Below are positions 1 to 9,525 of a stretch of 43,174 bases of DNA, piece after piece. The position numbers and the translations under genes were made by a program. The notes under the pieces are model-generated. The model saw only the letters and a list, made by a program, of their open reading frames with translations. It had not been told where the DNA came from and did no database searches. Positions within the stretch are counted from its first letter, which is position 1. Each line of letters begins with the position of its first letter. The stretch comes from a virus (lineage: Duplodnaviria > Caudoviricetes), in the IMG/VR virus record IMGVR_UViG_3300020043_001328, positions 1-43,174 of that record; one strand, given 5' to 3'.

Positions 1-2337
1 GCCTTTGCTGCTAGCGGTAGTTCTTTGCGGCTTGATCGTACTGGAGCAGGTACTTCTACTATTCAATCAGTTGAAACAGGTGTTGCTTATCGTGATTTGA
101 CGCTAGATGCTGCCAACAACATTTTCAGCATCTCCGGCACAGAAGGTATGCGCCTGACCAGCACAGGTCTGGGTATTGGGACGAGTTCTCCAAGCAGCAA
201 ACTGGATGTGGTTGTTGCAGACACCTCTTATGCAACAAAGTTGATTGCATCGACTGGTCGAGTTCGTGTTCGCCCCTATGTGGACGCAACCAGCGGCGCT
301 GTTTTTGAGTCCACCAACACAGCGGAAAACGCCTACCTTCCTCTCTCGTTGTACGGCTCAAGCGTCAGACTGGGTAATGGAGCGCAAGTCGTCATCGACT
401 CCTCCGGCAACCTCGGTATTGGGACGACTTCGCCAGCTTCTAAACTTGATGTGACAACTACAGGGGCAGATTCTGTTCTTTCAATTACTGTTGCAGGTGT
501 TCAGCGTTGGCAACATCGGGTTATGTTGGCCACCGGGTATTGGCAACTTCATGACCCGACTGGCGGCAACACAGCCCTTACAGTAGATACCTCCGGCAAC
601 CTCGGTATTGGGACGAGTTCTCCAAACTACAGCCTGACCAGCTACAAAGCTGGTGCTGTTGCCAATTATTTGCAAGTCGCATCAGGAGCAACTGGCGCGG
701 CCTCTGGCAACGGCCTATTGCTTGGTGTGGACTCATCGGGCAATAGCGTCATCAATGCTCAAGGCGCTGGGTCTGGCAATATGCTGTTTTACACAGCAAC
801 TGCCGAAAAGATGCGCCTCGACTCCTCCGGCAACCTCGGTATTGGGACGACTTCGCCGGGTGCAAAGCTCAATGTTGTTGGGTCTGGCGATATGTCAGGG
901 ATTTTTGAAACCACTGGCACCACAAACGCCGCTTCAGTAATTGTTCGATCAGGCAACGCAACTACGTCTGGCCTCTATGCTTATGCTCGTTTCGTAAACA
1001 ATGACACAAACGCACAAGACTGGCGTGTTGGAACCTACGGCAACAACAACCTGAGCATCGTCAATGCGAAGGCTGGCACGACTCCTGTTGTGCTGGATAC
1101 CTCCGGCAACCTCGGTATAGGGACGAGTTCGCCGGGTGCGAAGCTGGAGGTCAGTGTTAACAGTGGGGCGATTGCCTACCCTGTTTTGATTTCCAACGAA
1201 TACAACTACGGTTGGGGTGTGGGCCTCAAGTTCCGCCAGAAGCTGACAAGCGGTGGGTCCACGGTGGACAGCGCCGCAATCACTTCCTCATGGACTAGCG
1301 ACAGCAACGCTAATCTTCAGTTTTCTACAATTACAAGCGGCACGCTTTCCACCAAAGCCACCCTCGACTCCTCCGGCAACCTAGGCTTGGGGGTTACTCC
1401 GAGTGCTTGGAGTGGATCGCTCGTCGGCGCTTTGCAGTTTGCTGGCGCTGCTTCACTTACATCCCATGCGTCGGCGCGTGCAATGTACTTAACCGAAAAT
1501 GCGTTTTGGAATGGAAGCAGCTGGCGATATATCAGCACTGATTACGCAAGCCAGTATCAGCAGTATGTAGGCCAACATCAATGGTACACAGCAGCCTCCG
1601 GCACAGCAGGTAACGCTATCAGCTTCACGCAAGCGATGACGCTGGATGCTAGTGGTAATTTGGGTGTGGGGGAAACAAGCCCAACGCAAGCCATTTACGC
1701 AAAACGCGCAGGTGCTGCGGCGATACAGATTGCCAATTCTTCCGCATCGATCAACTTTTTGGCTGGGGTTGATTCTTCGGTGGCGTATGTCAGCGCCCCC
1801 AACGGGACACTTGCTTTAAACACCGCAGGTTCCGAACGCGCCCGTATCGACTCCAGTGGTAATTTGTTGGTGGGAAAGACTGCAAACGACACCACTTCGC
1901 CGGGGACAGCAGTCGCTCAATTTTCTGCCAACGTCGGAACTATTCGCAACGTCAAAACGGCAACCGGCACATATGAGTCTTTGCAAAACTACCACAACGG
2001 TAGTTATGTTGGAGGCATTACATATTCTGATACAGCAACCGCTTTGGCAACATCGTCTGATGCCCGTTTGAAGAAAAACATCGTTGCAGCAGAAAGCGCC
2101 AAAAACCTCATCGACGGCATAAGCGTCAAGGCGTTCGATTGGAAGGTAAACGACGAGCATCAGCGTTATGGCTTCATCGCGCAAGAGCTGCTTACGGTTT
2201 TTCCAGAGGCTGTAATCAAAGGCGCCGACGAACAAGAAACGCTTGCAGTGGATAACGCTCGGTTCATACCTGTCCTTGTCAAAGCCATTCAGGAACTCAA
2301 AGCTGAGTTTGACGCTTACAAAGCAGCGCACCCATGA
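1..2337 (+). CDS. Tail fibre protein with C-terminal intramolecular chaperone (peptidase S74-like) domain; 5'-truncated by window edge
   Basis: Frame is open from base 1. About 8 D[ST]SGNLGIGT[TS]SP repeats; C-terminal SDARLKKNI...GFIAQE...LVKAIQELKAE chaperone signature. Confidence 0.92.
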   Translation, partial: AFAASGSSLRLDRTGAGTSTIQSVETGVAYRDLTLDAANNIFSISGTEGMRLTSTGLGIGTSSPSSKLDVVVADTSYATKLIASTGRVRVRPYVDATSGAVFESTNTAENAYLPLSLYGSSVRLGNGAQVVIDSSGNLGIGTTSPASKLDVTTTGADSVLSITVAGVQRWQHRVMLATGYWQLHDPTGGNTALTVDTSGNLGIGTSSPNYSLTSYKAGAVANYLQVASGATGAASGNGLLLGVDSSGNSVINAQGAGSGNMLFYTATAEKMRLDSSGNLGIGTTSPGAKLNVVGSGDMSGIFETTGTTNAASVIVRSGNATTSGLYAYARFVNNDTNAQDWRVGTYGNNNLSIVNAKAGTTPVVLDTSGNLGIGTSSPGAKLEVSVNSGAIAYPVLISNEYNYGWGVGLKFRQKLTSGGSTVDSAAITSSWTSDSNANLQFSTITSGTLSTKATLDSSGNLGLGVTPSAWSGSLVGALQFAGAASLTSHASARAMYLTENAFWNGSSWRYISTDYASQYQQYVGQHQWYTAASGTAGNAISFTQAMTLDASGNLGVGETSPTQAIYAKRAGAAAIQIANSSASINFLAGVDSSVAYVSAPNGTLALNTAGSERARIDSSGNLLVGKTANDTTSPGTAVAQFSANVGTIRNVKTATGTYESLQNYHNGSYVGGITYSDTATALATSSDARLKKNIVAAESAKNLIDGISVKAFDWKVNDEHQRYGFIAQELLTVFPEAVIKGADEQETLAVDNARFIPVLVKAIQELKAEFDAYKAAHP
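401..1382 (+). repeat. Dispersed 27-bp direct repeats inside tail fibre gene
   Basis: cctccggcaacctcggtattgggacga exact at 401, 590 and 824, one mismatch at 1100, partial at 1370. Confidence 0.9.
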
Positions 2338-2588
2338 TCGAACGCATCCTGACCCGCTTGAACTCGATTCCTGCTGACAAGGTGTTTCACTTTGCTGGTG
2401 GGGCCATCTTGTTTGCTGTGGCTGTGCCGTTCATGCTGCCTGCTTATGCTTTGGCTGTGGCTGTCGTTGCTGGGTTTGTCAAAGAACTGTACGACAACCT
2501 GAACAAGACCAAACACACTCCTGATGTCTGGGACGCTCTGGCTACATCTGCTGGCGGCGCTCTGGGTTTTTTCTGCACTTTCTTTTAA
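2334..2588 (+). CDS. Small membrane protein (VanZ-like)
   Basis: ATGA overlap with tail fibre; DKxxHF...KE..D...D.W.D.LAT..GG pattern; hydrophobic segments. Confidence 0.7.
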   Translation: MIERILTRLNSIPADKVFHFAGGAILFAVAVPFMLPAYALAVAVVAGFVKELYDNLNKTKHTPDVWDALATSAGGALGFFCTFF

Positions 2589-2597
2589 GGAACTATT

Positions 2598-2894
2598 ATG
2601 ACCATTACTTGGACAATTACACAATGTGACCGACTGACCTCGGACAACTTCATCACCACTGCCCATTGGACTGCAACAGCCGTTGATGGCGATTACAGTG
2701 CCTCCATCTATGCAACTTGCTCTTGGGCTGCTGGCACTCCCACCGTGCCTTACGCCAATGTAACCGAGCAAAACGTGTTGGATTGGTGCTGGGCTTCTGG
2801 TGTGGATAAAGACGCCACCGAAGCTGCTCTGGCTCAAAACATTGCTGGTCAAAAGAATCCTGTGACAGCTACTGGTACGCCTTGGTCAGCATAA
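2598..2894 (+). CDS. Tail-fibre-associated phage protein
   Basis: RBS aagga upstream; TWTITQ...PYANVTEQNVLDW...GTPW pattern typical of genes next to tail fibres. Confidence 0.75.
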   Translation: MTITWTITQCDRLTSDNFITTAHWTATAVDGDYSASIYATCSWAAGTPTVPYANVTEQNVLDWCWASGVDKDATEAALAQNIAGQKNPVTATGTPWSA

Positions 2895-2904
2895 AGGTTA
2901 GAGT

Positions 2905-3129
2905 ATGTCTGACGCTGTGGAAGTCTCACATCGAGAGATATATGATCGCTTAGTTGCCGTTGAAGCTAAAGTAGACAGGATTGATAGAAACACCGATGGT
3001 GTTGTTAAAGCCTTTGAAGCTGCTTCTGGTGCCTTCTTAGTTTTGGAATGGATTGCTAAAGCAGCTAAGCCTATCATATTCATTGTCGGTATTGTTGCTG
3101 GTATTGTTGCTTGGTGGAATCATAAATGA
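2905..3129 (+). CDS. Small coiled-coil plus C-terminal TM protein (holin/antiholin-like)
   Basis: RLVAVEAKVDRID coiled coil, C-terminal hydrophobic helix, lysis-region context. Confidence 0.65.
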   Translation: MSDAVEVSHREIYDRLVAVEAKVDRIDRNTDGVVKAFEAASGAFLVLEWIAKAAKPIIFIVGIVAGIVAWWNHK

Positions 3130-3620
3130 TTGATCCTCTAACCGCTCTAGCTGCTGTATCTGCTGCTGTCAACCTTGTCAAGAAAACGGTTAAGACTGTT
3201 GATGATGTTCGCAGCTTAGGTCCTGTATTGGGCAAATACTTTGATGCCAAGGCTGATGCTGTCAAAGTGTTGGATGAGGTGCATAAAGGCGACTTCAAAG
3301 GCTCTAACATGGGCAAGGCCGTCGAGCTTGAACTGGCCCTTGCTGATGCTAAAAACTTTGAAGAACAAGTTAAGCAGTTGTTCTTCCCGCACAACATGGA
3401 CATCTGGGAAAAGATTGTTGCTCGTCGCAAGCAGATGGACGAGGACGATAAGGCCCAACGCCGCAGGGCTGCTGATGCTGCCATACAAGCCCGTAAGAAG
3501 CGCAAAGAAGACTTTGAACTGTGGGTCGCCATCATCTTAGCAAGCACTGTGCTTGTTGTTTTGATGTGGGTCGGTGTTGAAATTGTCTACTACTGCCGGG
3601 AGTTCAAATGTGGAAATTGA
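3126..3620 (+). CDS. Hypothetical protein with C-terminal TM helix
   Basis: MIDPLTALA start, charged coiled coil, TM helix near C-terminus; overlapping start/stop with neighbours. Confidence 0.75.
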   Translation: MIDPLTALAAVSAAVNLVKKTVKTVDDVRSLGPVLGKYFDAKADAVKVLDEVHKGDFKGSNMGKAVELELALADAKNFEEQVKQLFFPHNMDIWEKIVARRKQMDEDDKAQRRRAADAAIQARKKRKEDFELWVAIILASTVLVVLMWVGVEIVYYCREFKCGN

Positions 3621-3817
3621 TTTTGCTGCTTTTGCTGGTGGGTTGTGATGAACAATATAGATATTTCTGCCAAAACCCTGATCACTTTACTAAAGAGCAA
3701 TGTCAAAAACCTCGTTGCCAGTTTACGCAGACCTGTCCTGAATATCTTGTGGCCCCAATATTGGAGAAACAAATTGAGCAAACCAAACCAGCCACCGAAC
3801 CAACACCTGTCCGCTGA
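3608..3817 (+). CDS. Cys-rich lipoprotein (possible o-spanin)
   Basis: Signal peptide MWKLILLLLLVG-C with lipobox; four further Cys. Confidence 0.7.
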   Translation: MWKLILLLLLVGCDEQYRYFCQNPDHFTKEQCQKPRCQFTQTCPEYLVAPILEKQIEQTKPATEPTPVR

Positions 3818-4094
3818 ACAAATTGAAGTTAGGATATGGGCATTTGTTGTTGTATCTGTGACATTGATATTGATGTTCATTGTTGGTGCTTTATTGTATT
3901 CGGTGACATTTGTAACACAGCCAATCAAAGTGATGGCTCCAATTGATCAAGCCTACACCAAGATGCTCAACGACATTGTGCTGCTGATTGTTGGTGGTAT
4001 TGGCGGCATCATGGGTAAACGTGCCGTCAGTGCTGTTGCTCAGGCCATTGAAACGAAAGAGGTGAAAGATGTTACCGTTGACCGCACTACTTGA
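3774..4094 (+). CDS. Two-TM membrane protein
   Basis: Probable TTG start at 3774 with GGAG RBS at 3763; two hydrophobic helices. Confidence 0.65.
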   Translation: MSKPNQPPNQHLSAEQIEVRIWAFVVVSVTLILMFIVGALLYSVTFVTQPIKVMAPIDQAYTKMLNDIVLLIVGGIGGIMGKRAVSAVAQAIETKEVKDVTVDRTT

Positions 4095-4488
4095 TGTTGG
4101 TGGAAAGCTTATTGATAAGCTCATTCCAGACCCAGAGGCTAAAGCTAAAGCACAGGCTGAGTTGCTAAAGATGAATCAAGACGGTGAGTTAGCTAAGATG
4201 GCTAATGAAACTGAGTTGGTGAAGATTGCATCGGCTAACACTGCTGATGCTAGAGACATGCAAAAGACTAACAAGTCTTATATGCCAGCGTTTCTGTCAA
4301 TTGTCACAGTGCTTGGTTTCTTTAGCTTGCTTATTGGTTCTTCACTTGGTTGGCTTACGCTTACAGGCTCTGACATTATGATGATGTTGCTTGGTGTTCT
4401 TGCTCGTGAGACTGCTTCGGTTTATAACTTCTGGCTTGGTAGTTCTAATAGCAGTCAACAAAAAGATAGAATGAAAGAAATCAAATGA
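4069..4488 (+). CDS. Holin (GTA-type 3TM holin-like)
   Basis: GGKLIDKLIPDPEAKAKA N-terminus, TM helices, FWLGSSNSSQQKD tail; directly upstream of endolysin. Confidence 0.75.
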   Translation: MLPLTALLDVGGKLIDKLIPDPEAKAKAQAELLKMNQDGELAKMANETELVKIASANTADARDMQKTNKSYMPAFLSIVTVLGFFSLLIGSSLGWLTLTGSDIMMMLLGVLARETASVYNFWLGSSNSSQQKDRMKEIK

Positions 4489-4949
4489 AACTGTCACCCA
4501 ACTTCAGCTTGAATGAATTGACACAGAGTGAGACAGCTTTACGAAAAGGAATCAGTAATGAACCTACTCAAGAAATCATCTCAGCTTTACAATGCTTGGC
4601 TGTTAATGTGTTGCAACCTGTACGTGACCATTACGCTAAAGGTGTCAAAGTTAATAGTGGCTATCGTAGTCCGGAAGTGAACGCTTCAGTTGGTGGTAGT
4701 AAGACAAGTGATCATTGCAAAGGACAAGCTGCTGACATTGAAATACCCGGTGTTGCCAATGCAGAGCTTGCTCAGTACATTAAAGATAAGCTACAATTCA
4801 CACAATTGATTCTTGAGTTTTATACACCGGGTGTCCCCGATAGTGGTTGGGTGCATGTATCATATGATCCTGCCAATCTTAAGAAGCAAGTATTGACAGC
4901 CGTTAAACAAGATGGCAAAACTGTATATCTGCCCGGTTTGGTGGCGTAA
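4485..4949 (+). CDS. Endolysin, peptidase M15A family
   Basis: LSPNFSLNE, SGYRS, SDHCKGQAAD and WVHVS zinc-peptidase motifs. Confidence 0.9.
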   Translation: MKLSPNFSLNELTQSETALRKGISNEPTQEIISALQCLAVNVLQPVRDHYAKGVKVNSGYRSPEVNASVGGSKTSDHCKGQAADIEIPGVANAELAQYIKDKLQFTQLILEFYTPGVPDSGWVHVSYDPANLKKQVLTAVKQDGKTVYLPGLVA

Positions 4950-4960
4950 TAGGAAACAAT

Positions 4961-7492
4961 ATGGATAAGAGCTTCACAGCAAAACAAAAGGAAATTGTCG
5001 CTCGTAAGATGGGCTATGATGGTCCTATGCAAATGTTCGATGAGTTTCTTGCAGCATCTGCTTCTGACTCACAGCGGTATAGCGCCATCACTTCTAAATT
5101 TGCTGAGCGTATGGCTAAAGGTGGGATGGTTAAGAAGTATTTTGTAGGTGGTATGTTTGAATCACAAGTAGCAGACAGATTTGCTGCTGACCTTTCAAAA
5201 CCTAATACATCTACATCACAACCATCAGCTACTACCGCTAGTGCCAATAATCAACTTTATCTTGATGCAATTGGTAATGCAACAAATACACCTCCATCAC
5301 AGCAGTCGGCTCCACTCGTTGGCCCTCTTCCAAATGGTGGTGATACTACAACAAGTCTTAGCACCATCACAAGAAATGATGCAGGTGCTCCTTCAATGAC
5401 AACTGCTCCCGGTTATACGGCAGCACAAACCGCAACGACTCCGAAGGCAGACGTTACAAATGCTGGTACTGTTACTGCCGCCACTGGTACAACTCCTGCC
5501 GTAGCGCAAACTGTTACTACCCCCGACACTGTTAATGTTACTGATGCTACAACTACAGCAACTACATCAGATATTCGGACTGAACAGGCTAAACAAGCCG
5601 CTGCCACAGGTACAGTTTCTGAAGGTGCAAAAGCAACCGCACAGACAGGCACTCTTTCTGGAGGTGCAACAGCAAAAACACAGCAAGTTGGCAGTGAATA
5701 CAAAACACCTGTTGTGTCTGGTCAACGCACCACCGGAGAGGGCGAACTGGTGACTGCTGTCACTGATGCTCCAGTAGTTAAATCAGAGACTGCTCAGGCT
5801 GCTGCACCTGCTGCTGTACAGGCAGCACAAGGTGTTGTTAAAGCTGAAGAGCTTGTCAAGCCTGCACAGATTGCTGAAGCAGACATGGCACAGGCTACAG
5901 CTATCACTGCTGAGGGTCTTGCACCAGATGCTAAAGTTGTTGCTGCTCGTCTTGAGAAGTTCACTGTTGATGACGGTACTCTTGCTGCCGCAGCGCAGGG
6001 TAATGTTGATGCACAATCCACTGTTCAAGGACAGCTTACAGAGTTGATGAAAAGCTTTGATGATGGTGCCACCCCTGCATGGGCTGCTGGTGCCATTCGT
6101 GCTGCTAATGCTGTTATGGCCTCTCGTGGTTTGGGTGGTAGCTCTATGGCTGCTACTGCTGTTTTCCAAGCCGCTATGGAAAGTGCTTTGCCTATTGCTG
6201 TACAGGACGCTCAAGTGTTCCAGCAGATGGGCATGGCAAACCTGAACAACCGTCAACAAACTGCATTGGCTAATGCTGCTGCTCAACAAGGCTTGTCTTT
6301 GCAGAACTTGTCTAATGAGCAACAAGCTCGTTTGACTAATGCTGCCAACTCGTTTGCTCTTCAGAGTCAGAATCTGTCTAACATGCAACAGACAATGCTG
6401 GCTAACACACAGATCAGGGCTACGCTGCAAGGACAGAACTTGTCCAATCAACAACAAGCTGCTGTGGTTAATGCTGCTCGTTATGCTGAGATGGCAAACA
6501 TCAATCTTAACAACATTCAACAAGCTGCTTTGCATAATAGTTCTATGCAGGTACAAGTTGATATTAGCAATGCTTCCAATCGTCAGCAGACAGCTTTGGC
6601 AAATGCTCAGATTGAAGCCGCAATGCAGGGCAAGGTGTTGGATAATAAGCAACAAGCTGCTGTGTTGAATGCTACACGAATTGCTGAGAATAACAATCTG
6701 ACATTTACCGCAGCACAACAAGCGGCTCTGAACAATTCACAGTTGATGAAGGACATTGGTATTGCCAACTTGAATGCAGCACAACAAACAACTATTGCTA
6801 ACGCAGCCGCCATTGCGTCAATGGATATTGCGAATCTGAACAATCGTCAGCAAGCCGCTGTTGTAACTGCTCAGGCGTTCTTGGCTACCGATCTGAAAAA
6901 CTTGGACAACAAGCAACAACTTGCTGTCATTCAGAGTCAGCAAATTGCAGAATCTATTTTGTCTGATGCTGCTGCTAAGAATGCTGCATCATTGACTAAT
7001 GCAACAAATGCAATTGAAGTTGATAAGATTAATGCAACACTGGCACTCACCGCATCACAGTTCACTGCTTCTGAAAAGAACAAAATAGCTGTTGCCAACA
7101 TGGATGCCGCTAATGAACTGATAAAGTTTAATGCTCAAGAAGCTAATGATAGGGCAGACTTTAATGCTAGACTGACAACAGAAATTAGCTTAGCCAATGC
7201 TAAAATCTTGGCAGACATTTCAGTTGCTAACACTGCTGCTGTTAATGCAGCAAACGCTGTTAATGCTAAAAATGCTACAGACTTGTCAGCTTCTCAATAT
7301 GCACAGCAGAGTCAGACTTATCGAGACTTGTTGTCGTATTCTTGGAAGACTGGTGAAAGCGCTAAAGACCGCATTGCTAATTTGGCTGTTGCTTCTATTC
7401 AGAAGGATGTTGCTAATATTAAAGCCGATGCCGATAGTAGTAGTTCTCTCGGAGAAAACTTAGTTAAACTTGGTGTAGCTATTTGGGGATAA
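4961..7492 (+). CDS. Putative internal virion / DNA ejection protein with 22-aa coiled-coil repeats
   Basis: Ala/Gln/Asn/Thr-rich, no Cys, about 11 xNLxNxQQ repeats at 22-aa period. Confidence 0.7.
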   Translation: MDKSFTAKQKEIVARKMGYDGPMQMFDEFLAASASDSQRYSAITSKFAERMAKGGMVKKYFVGGMFESQVADRFAADLSKPNTSTSQPSATTASANNQLYLDAIGNATNTPPSQQSAPLVGPLPNGGDTTTSLSTITRNDAGAPSMTTAPGYTAAQTATTPKADVTNAGTVTAATGTTPAVAQTVTTPDTVNVTDATTTATTSDIRTEQAKQAAATGTVSEGAKATAQTGTLSGGATAKTQQVGSEYKTPVVSGQRTTGEGELVTAVTDAPVVKSETAQAAAPAAVQAAQGVVKAEELVKPAQIAEADMAQATAITAEGLAPDAKVVAARLEKFTVDDGTLAAAAQGNVDAQSTVQGQLTELMKSFDDGATPAWAAGAIRAANAVMASRGLGGSSMAATAVFQAAMESALPIAVQDAQVFQQMGMANLNNRQQTALANAAAQQGLSLQNLSNEQQARLTNAANSFALQSQNLSNMQQTMLANTQIRATLQGQNLSNQQQAAVVNAARYAEMANINLNNIQQAALHNSSMQVQVDISNASNRQQTALANAQIEAAMQGKVLDNKQQAAVLNATRIAENNNLTFTAAQQAALNNSQLMKDIGIANLNAAQQTTIANAAAIASMDIANLNNRQQAAVVTAQAFLATDLKNLDNKQQLAVIQSQQIAESILSDAAAKNAASLTNATNAIEVDKINATLALTASQFTASEKNKIAVANMDAANELIKFNAQEANDRADFNARLTTEISLANAKILADISVANTAAVNAANAVNAKNATDLSASQYAQQSQTYRDLLSYSWKTGESAKDRIANLAVASIQKDVANIKADADSSSSLGENLVKLGVAIWG

Positions 7493-7494
7493 CA

Positions 7495-7692
7495 ATGAAA
7501 CACATACAGAACTACTGGAATAAAGTTGAAAGCGCCATTGCTTCAAAGACTAAAGCGGTGCCTAAAAATAAAGGACTACTTGCTCCTTCTAAATCTTCAA
7601 TGTCTAAAGATCAACCAAAAACTGAATTAGATATTATTGTTAACTTTGTTGAAAGTATTCGACAATCACGAGAGGAAATGAAGAATGGCTAA
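7495..7692 (+). CDS. Hypothetical virion-module protein
   Basis: ATG at 7495 after ggggat RBS; overlaps next gene. Confidence 0.65.
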   Translation: MKHIQNYWNKVESAIASKTKAVPKNKGLLAPSKSSMSKDQPKTELDIIVNFVESIRQSREEMKNG

Positions 7693-8179
7693 ACTGAGTC
7701 CGGTTGATGTTATTAAACCTGTACCACCCGGTATTTCGTGGACAGATGAACCTCGTAGTCAACCTTGGACTACACCACCTAAGATGGTTAATGTAAGTGA
7801 AATTGCACAAACCTATGTTGATAAGTTGTCGTCACCTGAAACAATCAACAATACATTAGACCTTATCGAATCTGAAGTTCCATTGGCAGCATTAGCCAAT
7901 GCAATGATGTTGACTGGTGTTGCTCAGGGTGGTCATACTATTGATGCTGGTGTTTTAGTCACTCCTGTTATTATCGAAATGTTGGTAACGCTTGCTGAAA
8001 TACACGGTGTTGATTACACTGTCTTTCCTAAAGAAGAAGATGCCGATAATATTCCAGCTCGTGTGATTAAGAATGCATTGAAGAAAATCAATACTCCGGT
8101 ACAAAATGAAGAAGCAATGCCTGTTGTCAAACTATCTGGTTTGATGGCGCGTAAATCTAACAACATGGAGAATATGTAA
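7685..8179 (+). CDS. Hypothetical virion-module protein
   Basis: RBS gagg; PPGISWTDEP...PW..PP pattern; coupled to neighbours. Confidence 0.8.
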   Translation: MAKLSPVDVIKPVPPGISWTDEPRSQPWTTPPKMVNVSEIAQTYVDKLSSPETINNTLDLIESEVPLAALANAMMLTGVAQGGHTIDAGVLVTPVIIEMLVTLAEIHGVDYTVFPKEEDADNIPARVIKNALKKINTPVQNEEAMPVVKLSGLMARKSNNMENM

Positions 8180-9522
8180 TGGGTTTCAGATTCAGTTCAT
8201 TCCTGTCGGGCGCAGTTAAAGGCGCGGCTGACGTTCTTGAAGAAGAGGCAACTGCGGCATCTAAGAGTGCAACGTTCGGTATCAAGGCTTTGAAAGAAAA
8301 CTATGACAAGGTGATGGCCGAAAACCGCACACTTGAAACTAAGGTTACTAAGAATATTGAAGCGCTTCGCACTTTTGATAAGACAGCAACTGAAGCTGAA
8401 TTGTTTGCTGCTGCGACCAATGATACTTATATGACGATGGCGCTTGAAGCTGCTAAGGCAAACCCTGCAAGTTTTAGAGTAGGAGATGTTGTTAAGATTA
8501 AAGAAGAGAACGCTTCTCCCTTAACCGCTAAAGAAATGTTGAAGGCTTACACAACAATTCCTGCTGTGTCAAAAGCCGCTAGACAAGCTGAAGAAAGCTC
8601 TGGTAATTTCATTGCTGACATCCGTAAAGGTGTAGCTTCTCGTGCCGCCGCTAAAGCTGAAGAACAAACCGCTAAGGCTATGGGTGTTTCTATTGAACAA
8701 CTTCGTGGTGCTAGTGAGTTTAGACGTGCAGAGGCAGACACTGATGCTGTCTTTAACATGGGCAAGTTTCAGAAAGAAAAAGGCTATGATGAACGCGAGA
8801 AAGATGCAAAGCTTGCTTTGTTGAAAGCTGAACAGAATGGTGACGAACAAGCTATTAATGTTGCTAAGGCTGATCTGCTAATCTTCAAGAATATCAAAGA
8901 CACGTTGACATCTGAACAACAACAGTTTTCTAACAAAGTTGCTGACATCAAGAATCGTTATATGTTTGGTACTGCTGATGAGCGTAAAGCGGCTAAGCCT
9001 GAATACGACAAACTTATGGCTGATATTCGTGCTGAAGCTCTGGCTAAGAAGACTGGTGAAGGCGCTGGTGAGAGTAAGATTCCTGCATTGGGCACATTGA
9101 ACACCTTCACATCTGCTGCTGTTGCTCGTGCTGTAGCAGCCAAGCATGGTGACTTGATTAAGTCTAAGCAGCTTGCCATTGTTGAGAAAGCTGACGGCAG
9201 TGTTGGTATTGATTATATTGGTGACAATGAAACTCTTCGTCGTCAAATCTTGGAAACACAAGCTAACGCCGCAAAGAATTCTTTGTCGTTGTATACAGAT
9301 GCCAAGGGTCAGCCGTTCAACCGTGACGTTGCTTCTGTGCTGAACTCGTACACCTCTGTTGTTCCTTCTGTTGTTAGAACAGATGGTGGCGCTGCACCAC
9401 AACCTGCTGCTCCTACACCAACAACATCTATACCTGCGCCTAAGACTAGAGAAGAATATAATGCTATACCAAAGGGTACACGTTATATCGACACGGATGG
9501 TAAGACAAAGATCAAAGGATAA
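8179..9522 (+). CDS. Putative internal virion protein
   Basis: 447-aa helical Ala/Lys/Glu-rich ORF with ggag RBS; C-terminal EEYNAIPKGTRYIDTDG motif. Confidence 0.75.
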   Translation: MGFRFSSFLSGAVKGAADVLEEEATAASKSATFGIKALKENYDKVMAENRTLETKVTKNIEALRTFDKTATEAELFAAATNDTYMTMALEAAKANPASFRVGDVVKIKEENASPLTAKEMLKAYTTIPAVSKAARQAEESSGNFIADIRKGVASRAAAKAEEQTAKAMGVSIEQLRGASEFRRAEADTDAVFNMGKFQKEKGYDEREKDAKLALLKAEQNGDEQAINVAKADLLIFKNIKDTLTSEQQQFSNKVADIKNRYMFGTADERKAAKPEYDKLMADIRAEALAKKTGEGAGESKIPALGTLNTFTSAAVARAVAAKHGDLIKSKQLAIVEKADGSVGIDYIGDNETLRRQILETQANAAKNSLSLYTDAKGQPFNRDVASVLNSYTSVVPSVVRTDGGAAPQPAAPTPTTSIPAPKTREEYNAIPKGTRYIDTDGKTKIKG

Positions 9523-9525
9523 GTA

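Noticed and set aside
401-1400. CRISPR-like array or DGR template/variable repeats
   Set aside because: Repeats are in frame in a coding gene with 160-250 bp spacing; no cas or reverse transcriptase gene and no adenine-specific variation.
3645-3773. N-terminal extension of ORF 3645-4094 as a nested spanin pair
   Set aside because: The extension looks like an off-frame read of the lipoprotein gene; the RBS supports the TTG start at 3774.
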